This document shows positions 50,489-60,041 of a stretch of 64,000 nucleotides of DNA, one piece after another; within the stretch, counting starts at the first letter, position 1; each line of letters begins with the position of its first letter. The notes beneath the pieces were generated by a model. The model ran no database searches. It was not told the origin of the DNA and worked only from the letters and a program-made list of their open reading frames with translations. The DNA comes from an uncultured delta proteobacterium. Lineage in GTDB: Bacteria > Myxococcota > Kuafuiibacteriia > Kuafuiibacteriales > Kuafuiibacteriaceae. The position numbers and the translations under genes are program-made. Where the stretch lies: the NCBI GenBank assembly GCA_963803435.1, contig CAWDML010000001.1, positions 1,984,001 to 2,048,000 on the forward strand. The letters are read 5' to 3'.

Positions 50489-51828
50489 GTGAGATTCTGC
50501 CCTCGATGCCGGTCGATCTACACAGCACACGTGGAGTTCTGTGGGATCGACGGGACCTGCCTCGTGCAGAGCGACTCCGATCCACTGGTCGGATACGAGG
50601 TCGATCGCTACCTCGTGCTGGAGCGGGTGGGGATGGGCGCCACGGGCTGCGTCTATCGGGTCCAGCACACGGTGCTCGAGCAGGAGCACGCGATGAAGAT
50701 CCTCTATGGGGATCTGGGCCAGGACGAGCGGATCGTCGAGCGCTTCAAGCGGAGGCGAAGGCGATCAGCAAGATGCGGCACCCCAACATCCTGTCCGTGA
50801 CGGACTTCGGGCGGACGCCCAACGGTCTGACCTTCCTGGTGATGGAGTACGTGCGGGGCTGCAACCTGCACGACCGCATCTCTCTGTACGCACCGCTCGC
50901 CCTCAGCGAGGTGGCCCATCTGGTGGAGCAGGTGGCCGCGGGGCTCGGCGAGGCCCACCGCCTCGGATTCGTCCACCGTGACGTCAAGCCGGCCAACGTG
51001 ATGGTGGGAGAGCAGGACGGTGCCCCCTACGTGAAGATCCTGGACTTCGGGATCGTGGGGTTGCGGACCGAAGCGTTCGACACCCGGCTCACCGGCACCG
51101 GCTTCATCATCGGTACACCCGCCTACATGGCGCCCGAACAAGCGAGGGATCCGAGCTTCGTGACCCCAGCGGCCGACTTCTACTCCCTCGGGGTGATGAT
51201 GTTCGAGATGCTGACCGGCCGCGTGCCTTTCGACGCCCAGCAGCCCGTCGACATGATCATCAAGCACTCGATCGAGCCGGTGCCGCCGGTCCCGCCGTCG
51301 TGCGGGCTCGAGCTCCTGGTGCACTGGATGCTCGAGAAGAACCCGAACGATCGGCCGCAGAGCGCGGAAGAGCTCCTCGCCGAGCTGGCGCGACTCCGTG
51401 CGACGGTCCCGGACGACGACACCAAGCCCGGCTTCGCTCAGCAGGACGACACCATGGAGATGCTGGTCGACGAGATCGGCGAGGCGAAGGACCAGCTCCT
51501 CCGAGCGATCGAGACCGAGAGACCGGCGGCACCGCGGCCGCCCCCCCAGACGTTCGAGCTCCCCCTGCTCTCGCCGGTCACCTATCAGGGCATCGAGCCG
51601 GTGCTTCAATACGAGGGCCTGCGCGACCGGCTCGATCGCATTCACGAGACCCTGATCGGTTCAGAGCAGATCGAGTCCGACGTGCGCCAGACCTTTGAGA
51701 CCCGGCTCGCCGAGATGATCGCCGCGGTGCGTCCGGGGCTGCGCGAGTACCGCTACGTCGATCTGGCCACCAAGATCGCGGATCTCGAGCGCGAGATCTG
51801 GAGTCGAATGCGGTTACGGCCCGCCTGA
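50489..51828 (+). CDS. Hanks-type Ser/Thr kinase with N-terminal zinc ribbon; frameshift ~50750
   Basis: CPRC..CGIDG, GMGATG, AMK, HRDVKPAN, DFG, GTPAYMAPE. Confidence 0.92.
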
Positions 51829-52560
51829 CGTCGCCAGATCGCCGGCCGGCGCCTCGAGGACGTGGCGGCGCTGGAGCCGGAGCGCGACGGTCCAGCAGAG
51901 CAGCGCCCAGGCCGCACCCGCGATCCACCCGGCCAGCACGTCGGTCGGCCAGTGGACGCCGAGGTAGATCCGGCTCAGACCGACCGCGATCGTCAGCACG
52001 ATCGCGAGCACCAGCACGTAGGCCTTGACCAGCCGGCTCCGCTGCGTGCGGGCGAGGAGCGCGCCCAGCGTCAGGTAGGTCACCGCGGCCGTCATCGCGT
52101 GCCCGCTGGGGAAGCTGAGCGAGTAGATCTCGATCTGGCGCGAGATGATCGTGGGGCGCGGCCGTTCGAACACGTCCTTGAGCAGCTGTCCCAGCACAGC
52201 GCCGCCGGTGACCGCCACCGCCACGAATAGCGCGACCCTCTTCTTCCGCTCGAGGAAGAGGAAGCCGATCACCGCGAGCGTGATCATCGCCTCCACCGCC
52301 ACACCTCCGAACGAGGTCACGTCCCGGACCATGCCCTCGAACCAGCGCGGTCCGATCGGATCCGAGAGATCGCCGGGCACGCGCATGGCCAGGAGGATCG
52401 AGCGATCGAACGAACCCGCTGCGGGATGGAGCGCGATCTCACCGAGCTCGTGGAAGACCCAGACGCCGGCCAGGACCCCGAGAAGGGCCAGCAGCGTACC
52501 GCCCTCGTGACGGCCGATGAAGCGGAACGCATGCAGCAACCTGTGCGCGTGGCGTCTCAC
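51814..52560 (-). CDS. PAP2 family phosphatase
   Basis: KDVFERPRP, FPSGH, SRIYLGVHWPTD. Confidence 0.92.
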   Translation of the reverse strand: MRRHAHRLLHAFRFIGRHEGGTLLALLGVLAGVWVFHELGEIALHPAAGSFDRSILLAMRVPGDLSDPIGPRWFEGMVRDVTSFGGVAVEAMITLAVIGFLFLERKKRVALFVAVAVTGGAVLGQLLKDVFERPRPTIISRQIEIYSLSFPSGHAMTAAVTYLTLGALLARTQRSRLVKAYVLVLAIVLTIAVGLSRIYLGVHWPTDVLAGWIAGAAWALLCWTVALRLQRRHVLEAPAGDLATSGGP

Positions 52561-52655
52561 TCTCGATCACAGGATACACCGCAGGGGGCCCGCTCGGGCG
52601 AGCCCTCGCCCCGACCTCGCTCGCCACGCTCGCTGCGCGCCCCGCCTGCCTTGCG

Positions 52656-55289
52656 TCAGGACCAGGCGACGGTCGTCACGGAGACCGAGCTCGTCTGCAG
52701 CAGGGCGGACAGGATCTCGCCCGACGGCGACGCATCCACTTCGGCGATGATCGCGCCGCTGTCCTCGTCCGCGAACACCACCTTCAGGTGCAAGCAGAGC
52801 TGCTCGAACAACCGGGCGCTCCAGCGTGCGGCTGTCGGCGTGGTGTCGAACCCTCCGCTGGCGGGCGTCAGCATCACCTTGCGGCCCACCTGCTTGGCCG
52901 CCTCGGCAGCGTCGCGCCGATCCTCGAGCGCCAGCATCAACAGCCGGAGCGCCTCCGAGTGCTCGTCCGCGCTGTAGTCGACGATCGTGTTCAGCCCGTA
53001 GCGATCGACGACCCGGTGCGGCTGGCGGATGTCGAGCACCGTGAGGCCCAGCTCAGGGTGTGCGTCCGCGATCCCAATCAGACCGCGGACCGAGGCCTCG
53101 GCGGCGCCGAAGTTCTGCTGGTCTCCCGTCAGCTCGACCAGACGGGGCACGAACACCGGGTCCGAGAGCGACACGATCGCCTGCACCGCCTTCTCCTTGG
53201 TGAAGTAGTCGTCCGACCAGGTGTTCTGCAGCAGCAGGTCGCGGACCCAGCCCTCCCCGCCGGCGTGGATCGCGATGGAGCCGAGCGCCACCGCCGCCAC
53301 CTCCGGGTTCCGATCGACGGCGAGGCGCAGGAGGTACGGCATCGCTTGGCTTCGCTCGTTCCCGGGACGACCTGCGATCTCGGCGAGCCGGCTGCGGACC
53401 TTGGGCGCCTGCGAGCTGACCAGCCAATCGGCCGTCGAGAGGTCCTCGAGCGAGCGCGCCTCGCCGGTCATCAGCTTGGCGACGTCGGACAGATAGGGAT
53501 CGTGCGCGCCCACCAGGTGACCGGCGAGATCGGCCGCGCTCTGCGCCACGATGTCGACCTCCTGCTCGAGGAGCATCGCGACGAACGGCTCCACCTCCCG
53601 CGCGGCCCCGGCCAGGCTCTTGGTGGCACGCTCGCGCAGCATCATGTCGCCTCGATACGCGTACACCAGCGCCGCCGCGGTGCTCCCCTCGGGGGCCCGT
53701 GGCTCCCGCTCGAGGGTCAACAGGCCCTTCAGCTCGGCGACCGGGTTGGTCGGCCCGCCCAGGACGACCAGATCCCGGTACGCCTGTGTCGACTCCATCA
53801 GCGAGGTGGCGTTGCTGAGCGCCAGCTCGAGCGCCCCCGCCATCTGCTCGCCGCCGATCATCCCGGCGAAGGCGGCAGCCCGCCGGCGCTGATCCTCGGG
53901 CGTGGTCGGACCCAGCCAGCGCAGGAGCTGGATCGGGTGTGCGGCGAAGAACTCGAGCGCCTCCTCGATGTACGCGCGGTTGCCGCGCAGCTCGTCGGAG
54001 ATGAAGCCGAAGCCGCGCAGCGAGTGCGGAAGCGGCACCCCCGCCTGCCGGATCGCCTTCGCCGGCACCGCCCAGGGCCACCAGTTGTCGATGTTGAGGA
54101 GCTCGGTCCACTTGAGCTCGACCAGCTCCGCCGACGCGGGCTCCGCCGCCAGCGCCAGCACGCAGCTCGCCGCCCGCCGCACCGGATAGTCCGGATCCTT
54201 GAGCAGCTTCTGGAGCTCCGGCCGCCACTCGGGGCGTCCGACGGCCGACCAGGTCGCGCCCACCCAATCGCTCGGGCGATCGCTCTGGAAGCTGGCCCGC
54301 ACCAGGCTTGCCTGCTCCTCGCCGAAGCTGCCGAGCGCGGTGATCATGACCATGCGAGCCTCGTCGTCCTCCTCTTCCTGCAAGCGGGCTTGCAACATCG
54401 GGATCGTCCATCGCTCGTCCGTCCAGGCGACCCGGAGCGCCAGCGCGCAGCGGAACTGTCCGTCCCGCTCGAGAAGCCTCTGGTAGCTCTCGGTCCACTT
54501 CGCCGAGACCACGATGTCCGCGATGACGTCGAGTCCGTGGACGTCGAGGTAGAGGCTGTCGAGGTGATGCTTGAGCGACTCCTCGTCGTAGATGCCCTCG
54601 CGGGCAGCCCACACGAAGGCGTCGGGAAAGGTCGTGATCGAGCGGGGCTCGAAGGTACCGCCCAGCAGCTTCTGGAAGACGGCGCGCTCGTAGCTCTCCG
54701 AGGAGAGCAGGAACGCGCACTGCGCGGCACGCTTGAGGGTGTAGTCGTCGTGGCTGACGTACTTGGCGGCGAAGCGCGCCGCCATCGGGTGGCGGAGCAT
54801 CCCCAGCGCCTGGAGGGTGGCCGCGATCACCCAGGCGCCGCCGTCAGAGCGATCCTCGCGGGCCGTCTCCATCGAGTCGATCAGGAGCGGCGCGCAGTCG
54901 GTCAGCTCGCAGAGCCCGATCAGGCGGGCGGCGTGCGCACGCGTGTTCACGTTCTGATGCGTGAGGTGACGCCGCACCGCGCGGCGCAGGCCCTCGCCGC
55001 TGACCTCGGCCAGCCGGCGCCGCTCCTCCGCGTCGTACGGGAGCGTGCCGATGTCGGCTCCAGCGTCGACGAGGATCGGATCGATCTCCGGATCGAGGTA
55101 CCAGTCGAACATCCCCTCGTGGAGGAAGACCTGCTTCCGCATCCAGTACCAGAGGGGGCGCGCGTCCTGATCGCTCTTCGCCTGCTGCGGGTGGAGCATG
55201 CGATCGATGTGGGCCAGCTCTTCCTCGGTCAACCCGGCGGGCTTCGACTCCACCAGCTTCGAGAGAATGTTTCGGAGTTTCTTGTCCAT
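52656..55289 (-). CDS. Large HEAT-repeat protein (877 aa) with unrecognised terminal domains
   Basis: Repeated motifs such as LLKDPDYPVRRAA, HQNVNTRAHAARLIG, DRNPEVAAVALG; RBS GAGGAG. Confidence 0.8.
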   Translation of the reverse strand: MDKKLRNILSKLVESKPAGLTEEELAHIDRMLHPQQAKSDQDARPLWYWMRKQVFLHEGMFDWYLDPEIDPILVDAGADIGTLPYDAEERRRLAEVSGEGLRRAVRRHLTHQNVNTRAHAARLIGLCELTDCAPLLIDSMETAREDRSDGGAWVIAATLQALGMLRHPMAARFAAKYVSHDDYTLKRAAQCAFLLSSESYERAVFQKLLGGTFEPRSITTFPDAFVWAAREGIYDEESLKHHLDSLYLDVHGLDVIADIVVSAKWTESYQRLLERDGQFRCALALRVAWTDERWTIPMLQARLQEEEDDEARMVMITALGSFGEEQASLVRASFQSDRPSDWVGATWSAVGRPEWRPELQKLLKDPDYPVRRAASCVLALAAEPASAELVELKWTELLNIDNWWPWAVPAKAIRQAGVPLPHSLRGFGFISDELRGNRAYIEEALEFFAAHPIQLLRWLGPTTPEDQRRRAAAFAGMIGGEQMAGALELALSNATSLMESTQAYRDLVVLGGPTNPVAELKGLLTLEREPRAPEGSTAAALVYAYRGDMMLRERATKSLAGAAREVEPFVAMLLEQEVDIVAQSAADLAGHLVGAHDPYLSDVAKLMTGEARSLEDLSTADWLVSSQAPKVRSRLAEIAGRPGNERSQAMPYLLRLAVDRNPEVAAVALGSIAIHAGGEGWVRDLLLQNTWSDDYFTKEKAVQAIVSLSDPVFVPRLVELTGDQQNFGAAEASVRGLIGIADAHPELGLTVLDIRQPHRVVDRYGLNTIVDYSADEHSEALRLLMLALEDRRDAAEAAKQVGRKVMLTPASGGFDTTPTAARWSARLFEQLCLHLKVVFADEDSGAIIAEVDASPSGEILSALLQTSSVSVTTVAWS

Positions 55290-55300
55290 GATCTCCTCGC

Positions 55301-56665
55301 TCAGTTCGGCCCCACCGGGACCACGATGGTGCTCTTCGCGTAGCGGTCGAGCGACGAGGTGAACGCCCGTCCCCCCGCCGCCAGATACACCACGAAGAGC
55401 CGCTTGCCCCCGGCGAGCAGCCGCCGCCCGATCGCCGAGCTCACGTTCGCGTCGCCGTCGGTGAACAGCACGCCCGCCTCGATCTCCTTGTTCCCGAGCA
55501 TGTCGAGCAGCGGCTGATCGAAGTCGGTCCCGCCGCCGCCTGCGATCTGGCCCTTGGCCAGCGCCTCCACGTCGATCGCCCGCACCTCGGTGTCGAACGC
55601 GCGGATGTACAGCGGCATCTCCTTGAGCGCGCCACGAAGGCCGAGATGATCGAGAAGTACGGGACCATCGATCCCGAGACGTCCACGTAGATCCCCACGG
55701 CCATCCGCGCGCCGGTGTTGGAGACCTCGCGGTTCCAGTACAGGCCCATGACGTCGCTGATCCCGCAGAGCCGGTAGACCAGCCCGATCCGGGTCGGGAA
55801 CCCCGGATACGCCTCCACGCGGATCTCGCGGATCAGCGGGGCCAGGACCTTCTGGGCGGTCTGATCGATCAGCTTCCGCACCCGCATCCGCTCGAGGAAC
55901 GTCTCCACGTCGCTGGTGCCGATCGAGACCGGGACCACGTTGAACTCGGACATCGCGCGCCCGAGATCCGAGCCCCGCGGGAGGCGCTCGTTGACCTGCT
56001 TGGCCACCGTCTTCACCAGCCGGCCGGTCCGATCTCCCGGCTTCTTGGGCAGCCCCTCGCCCATGCGGCAGAACATCTCGAAGGGCGGGAGCACCCCCAC
56101 CTGGAGGAGGCGCAGCAGGCGGAAGTAGATCGACGGCCGGGTTCAGCGACGCGTAGCTCCCGTCCTCCGACGAGCGCGACCAGATCGCCTGCCACAGCTC
56201 GCCCAGCTCGTGCGGAAGCTTCGTCGGATCCGCGCTGCAGTCCGCCAGCGCGATCGGGCCCAGCTTCGACGCCTCGGGATAGATCGCCAGGCTCGTCTTC
56301 CGCATCTTGTCCGGATAGGCCTCGAAGAGGAGCCGGTTGATGCAGATGTCGAGCGTCAGGTTCGCGAGCTCGTGGTGCGCGTGCTGCTCGCCGAAGCCGT
56401 GGTACATCGACCGGTGCAGCAGCTCGTGGCGCAGGACGATCTCGATGCACGGGATGTCGAGGTTGGCCACCAGCGGCCCCACGTGGATCGACTCCTCCTT
56501 GGTGCGCGGATCGTGGCGCCAGCTGGCCGTCTTCTCCTCGGGATCGTAGGTGACGAAGCCCGAGCACTCGGCGAACGTCAGCTCCAGCTGCATCAGCGCG
56601 CGCTCGATCTTGCGCTCGGCCAGCGCCTTCGCGAGGGCCGGGTTCTGCGGCTTCTCCTCCGTCAT
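55301..56665 (-). CDS. DUF2201-like HExxH metallopeptidase + vWA protein; frameshifts ~56135 and ~55632
   Basis: LRHELLH..NLTLDICIN; MIDAS DVSGS, FDTEV, GGGTDF, FTDG. Confidence 0.85.
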   Translation of the reverse strand: MTEEKPQNPALAKALAERKIERALMQLELTFAECSGFVTYDPEEKTASWRHDPRTKEESIHVGPLVANLDIPCIEIVLRHELLHRSMYHGFGEQHAHHELANLTLDICINRLLFEAYPDKMRKTSLAIYPEASKLGPIALADCSADPTKLPHELGELWQAIWSRSSEDGSYASLNPAVDLLPPAAPPPGGGAPALRDVLPHGRGAAQEAGRSDRPAGEDGGQAGQRAPPAGLGSRARDVRVQRGPGLDRHQRRGDVPRADAGAEADRSDRPEGPGPADPRDPRGGVSGVPDPDRAGLPALRDQRRHGPVLEPRGLQHRRADGRGDLRGRLGIDGPVLLDHLGLRGALKEMPLYIRAFDTEVRAIDVEALAKGQIAGGGGTDFDQPLLDMLGNKEIEAGVLFTDGDANVSSAIGRRLLAGGKRLFVVYLAAGGRAFTSSLDRYAKSTIVVPVGPN

Positions 56666-58143
56666 GCCGTGGGGATGTTGGGCACGCTCATCTCGCCGGC
56701 CTTCGACAGATCGAGGCCTGCGAAGAATCGATAGACGCTGTCCCGATCGTTCGGGACGTCGCCCTCCCTCAGATCGATCAGATACGTCTGGAGCTTCCGG
56801 ACCTCGGGCGAGCGGTTGTCGAGGAAGCTCCCCTCGGACACCAGCTGGCGGAAGGCGTCGATGTTCCGCTCCGCGCGCTCGAGCTCGGGGCCCCGCATCC
56901 GTCCGTCGAGGATGTTCCTCAGCATGGGCGTGACCAGGTTGATGGCGCCGTTGAGCGCGATCAGGAGGCGCCCGTCCACCTGGCGGAGCGCGTCGCCCTG
57001 ATACCCGAGCCGGTTGAGCGTGTGCCGCAGCTCGACCAGCTTCTCCTGCTCGCCCTTCTGGCTGGCTCCGCGCAGGAGCTCGCCCAGGAGCTTCTCCACC
57101 TCGTCGGGCGCCAGCGTCTCCTTGATCTCCTTCCAGCGCTCCTTGAGGTGCTCGAGCCGCTTCTCGAAGGTCGAGGGCGCCGCCAGCTCCATGCGGATCG
57201 TCTCCGCCGGGCCGAGCGTGCCCGACTCCAGGATCGACTCGGCCGCCTGGTGGATCTGATCGAGCACCACCGGCTTGATCTGCAGCTTGGTCGCCACCGC
57301 ATAGCGGAGCGCATCGACCGCCGCCCTCCGCAGCGGATTGGCCGCGCCCGCCACCCGGTAGTACGCGGCCACCGCCAGCAGCGTCTCGGGGAGGTTCCGC
57401 GCGTAGGTGCGCGCGCTCATGTACGGGCCGCTCGACTCCTTGATCGCCCCCAGGATCGCCGGCACCACCTTCGCGAGGTACGCGGTCACCCGCTCGAGCG
57501 CGCCCTCCGCCATCAGCTCCTGGTGCGCGTGCTGGATCTCGGTGAACACGCGCGCCAGCGTCTCCGCCTCCAGCTCCGAGCCCTTGTTCTGCGCGGGCGC
57601 TGCCAGCTTCATCATGGCAGCCACGTCCTCCGGTCCGACGCCGACCTGGTGATCGGGCACCGGGATGACCGCGTGGAACCGATCGAGCAGCGCCTCGTCG
57701 AGCTGGAAGGCGGCCGCGTACGACTCCGGGTTCGCGGTGGCGATCAGGCTGCGATAGGCGAGCGGCAATCCAAAGCAGGTCCGCTCCTCCAGGATCTCGA
57801 GCCAGAGGTTCTGGCTCTCCTTCCCGGCGCGCGTGATCTCGTCGACCACGATCGTGCTCTTGTTCCAGATCGCCCGCTCGTGCGCGACGAAGCGGAGCCG
57901 CCCGCTCTTGAGCGACTCCGGATCCGGGATCCCGGCCACCGAGATCAGATCGTCCTTGGTCGCGTCGTAGAAGACGAAGCCCTGCTCGCCGTAGCCCTTC
58001 GAGAGCGCGCGTGCGAGCCGCGTCTTGCCGGTGCCGTGGCGGCCGATCAGCATGAAGCTCTTGTGCATCGCCATCAGGCCGACGACGACAGGCTCGAGGT
58101 CTTGGTAGCCGAAGTTGATCCGGTCGAGAATGCGGAGGGTCAT
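56662..58143 (-). CDS. MoxR-family AAA+ ATPase with long helical C-terminal extension
   Basis: GRHGTGKT, VVDEITRA, ATANP, LDEALLDRF. Confidence 0.9.
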   Translation of the reverse strand: MTLRILDRINFGYQDLEPVVVGLMAMHKSFMLIGRHGTGKTRLARALSKGYGEQGFVFYDATKDDLISVAGIPDPESLKSGRLRFVAHERAIWNKSTIVVDEITRAGKESQNLWLEILEERTCFGLPLAYRSLIATANPESYAAAFQLDEALLDRFHAVIPVPDHQVGVGPEDVAAMMKLAAPAQNKGSELEAETLARVFTEIQHAHQELMAEGALERVTAYLAKVVPAILGAIKESSGPYMSARTYARNLPETLLAVAAYYRVAGAANPLRRAAVDALRYAVATKLQIKPVVLDQIHQAAESILESGTLGPAETIRMELAAPSTFEKRLEHLKERWKEIKETLAPDEVEKLLGELLRGASQKGEQEKLVELRHTLNRLGYQGDALRQVDGRLLIALNGAINLVTPMLRNILDGRMRGPELERAERNIDAFRQLVSEGSFLDNRSPEVRKLQTYLIDLREGDVPNDRDSVYRFFAGLDLSKAGEMSVPNIPTA

Positions 58144-58263
58144 GCCAGGGGACTGTGTCTCTCGCCTCCCCGGGCAATCGTCAACGGTCGGCCGACATGC
58201 GTGTGATCACGCCAACAGGCCCACCGCCGGTATGAGCGAGGAGCACACCAGGGAGGCGGTCGT

Positions 58264-59142
58264 TCAGAAGAATTGACCCCGAAGGGCGATGCCGAGGATG
58301 CGCTCGTCATCGTCCTCGAAGTTGCGGTTGCCGTTCACCAGCTGGCGATAGCCGAGGTCGATCGCGATGCGCTCGTAGTTGAAGCCGACCCCGCCCGACA
58401 CCGCCCAGGTCTTGTTCGCGAGGTCGTACCAGGCGCCGAGTCGGAGCGGAACCAGGTTCGCGATGATGTAGCCGACGCCGAGCGAGTAGCGCGCCTTTCC
58501 GATCTTCGCGTTGTAGCGGACGTCGCCCTCCACGTTGAAGCCGGCGATCTCGTACCCGAGGCCTGCGCCCCAGCCGATCGGCACCTCGGGACGCTTGCTG
58601 TTGGTGAGGTTGTAGCCCACCGCGCCGAGCGACAGCCCCTCCACGATCCGCCACACGATGCCCACGTCGAACGTGAGGACCTTGAAGCCGTCCTCGGTCT
58701 CTCCGTTCTTGAGGCTGTAGGTGAGATAGCGCGTGGTCACGCCCACGCCGACCGCGTCGCCGAGCTTGGTGGCGGTGGCGAGCTCGACGCGATGACCGCG
58801 CAGGCGTGCATCGCCCGCCGGCAGATCGTCGGGACGGCGCGTGGAGTACGTGTACGCGATCCCGCCGGCGACCGGACCGGCCTGGCTGTCGATGATCGAC
58901 GCGTTGATGCGCCGATCCGATCCGCGGATGTCGTCGAGGTAACCCAGCTCGACGCTGTAGATCTTGGCCAGCGCCAGACCGCCCGGGTTCACGTAGATGG
59001 AGTCGTTGCCCGTGGTGAGCGCGCGCTGCGACTCGGCGAACCCGAGCAACCGCGCGCCCTCGTAGCCCTGCGCGTCGGCTGCGCCCGTGAACAAACACTG
59101 GGCCGGGAAGAGAAACGCGAGGCTGAGGATGATCCTTCCCAT
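58264..59142 (-). CDS. Outer-membrane beta-barrel (FadL/PorV-like)
   Basis: Signal peptide, GARLLG, SIYVNPGGL, amphipathic strands, terminal Phe. Confidence 0.7.
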   Translation of the reverse strand: MGRIILSLAFLFPAQCLFTGAADAQGYEGARLLGFAESQRALTTGNDSIYVNPGGLALAKIYSVELGYLDDIRGSDRRINASIIDSQAGPVAGGIAYTYSTRRPDDLPAGDARLRGHRVELATATKLGDAVGVGVTTRYLTYSLKNGETEDGFKVLTFDVGIVWRIVEGLSLGAVGYNLTNSKRPEVPIGWGAGLGYEIAGFNVEGDVRYNAKIGKARYSLGVGYIIANLVPLRLGAWYDLANKTWAVSGGVGFNYERIAIDLGYRQLVNGNRNFEDDDERILGIALRGQFF

Positions 59143-59184
59143 GCTTGCTTCCCGGAGGTCGCGCGCTATGGTAGCTCACCGAGA

Positions 59185-59910
59185 ATGCGGCGCAAGAGTC
59201 TGATCCTCTCGGCGCTCGCGCTGGTCTCGGTGCCGTCGATCGCGGTCGCGTACGTTCAACCCGCCGACGCGATCCTCGCGAGCGCGGCGGCGAGACGTGC
59301 GCGGATCGCCTTCCACACCATCGTGGCGGAGGGCACGTACGAGCAGGGGGATCAGCGCATCCCGATCTGGGAGGCGATCAAGGCCGGCAAGGCCCACCGC
59401 ATCGAGTACCGCAAGCCCGGCGGCACCGAGGTCGACCTCACGGTCGACAGCCGTCGCTGGCACTTCACGCCTGGGAAGCCCGCAGGCGCGCCCGAGCGGG
59501 TGCCCGGCGATCTCTTCATGACCTTCATCGCCCGTCCCGACACCGATCCGGGCGGCCGGCAGGGCATCCTCTTTCTCAAGCGCCACAAGATCGACGAGGA
59601 GGTGGTCAGCCTCGGCCGCGTCGACAAGCGGATCGCGTACGTCATCGGCGCGCGCCCCTGGGAGGACACCCGCCCGCAGCTGTGGATCGACAAGGAGATG
59701 ATGGTCCCGACCCGACTGATCACGAAGGCGGACGACGGCGCGGTCGTCGACACTCGCCTCCTCGGCTGGGGCTCCGGCTCCACCGACGAGTGGTTCCCGC
59801 AGCGGATCGAGGTCTATCGCAACGGACAGCTGGTCGAGGCCTACACCTATCAGCGGGCCGTGCTCAACCAGAGCCTGGAGCCGTCGCTGTTCGAGCCGCC
59901 CGCCCCGTGA
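59185..59910 (+). CDS. Secreted LolA-like fold protein
   Basis: Signal peptide; QLWIDKEMMVPTRL, WFPQRIEV, NQSLEPSLF. Confidence 0.6.
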   Translation: MRRKSLILSALALVSVPSIAVAYVQPADAILASAAARRARIAFHTIVAEGTYEQGDQRIPIWEAIKAGKAHRIEYRKPGGTEVDLTVDSRRWHFTPGKPAGAPERVPGDLFMTFIARPDTDPGGRQGILFLKRHKIDEEVVSLGRVDKRIAYVIGARPWEDTRPQLWIDKEMMVPTRLITKADDGAVVDTRLLGWGSGSTDEWFPQRIEVYRNGQLVEAYTYQRAVLNQSLEPSLFEPPAP

Positions 59911-60041
59911 AGCTCGTGCTCGCCCTCGCGCTGGCCGCGCTGCTCTCGGCCGGCTGCTCGCGCAAGGTCAAGGTCAAGCTCAGAGTCAAGTCCGCAGACG
60001 CGGGTCTGGTCGTCCGGACGTCCACCGCGAGCACGCGATGA
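59907..60041 (+). CDS. 44-aa lipoprotein
   Basis: MKLVLALALAALLSAGC lipobox; GTGA and ATGA overlaps on both sides. Confidence 0.6.
   Translation: MKLVLALALAALLSAGCSRKVKVKLRVKSADAGLVVRTSTASTR

Noticed and set aside
52788-55343. Long antisense ORFs (this one, 9556-11934, 25297-27126, 60866-62539 and others)
   Set aside because: Shadow frames of high-GC genes, with no motifs and biased composition
58198-58262. GTGATCAC palindrome and ACCGCC/GGCGGT pairing upstream of the MoxR operon as an ncRNA or riboswitch
   Set aside because: Weak pairing and no recognisable RNA family motif
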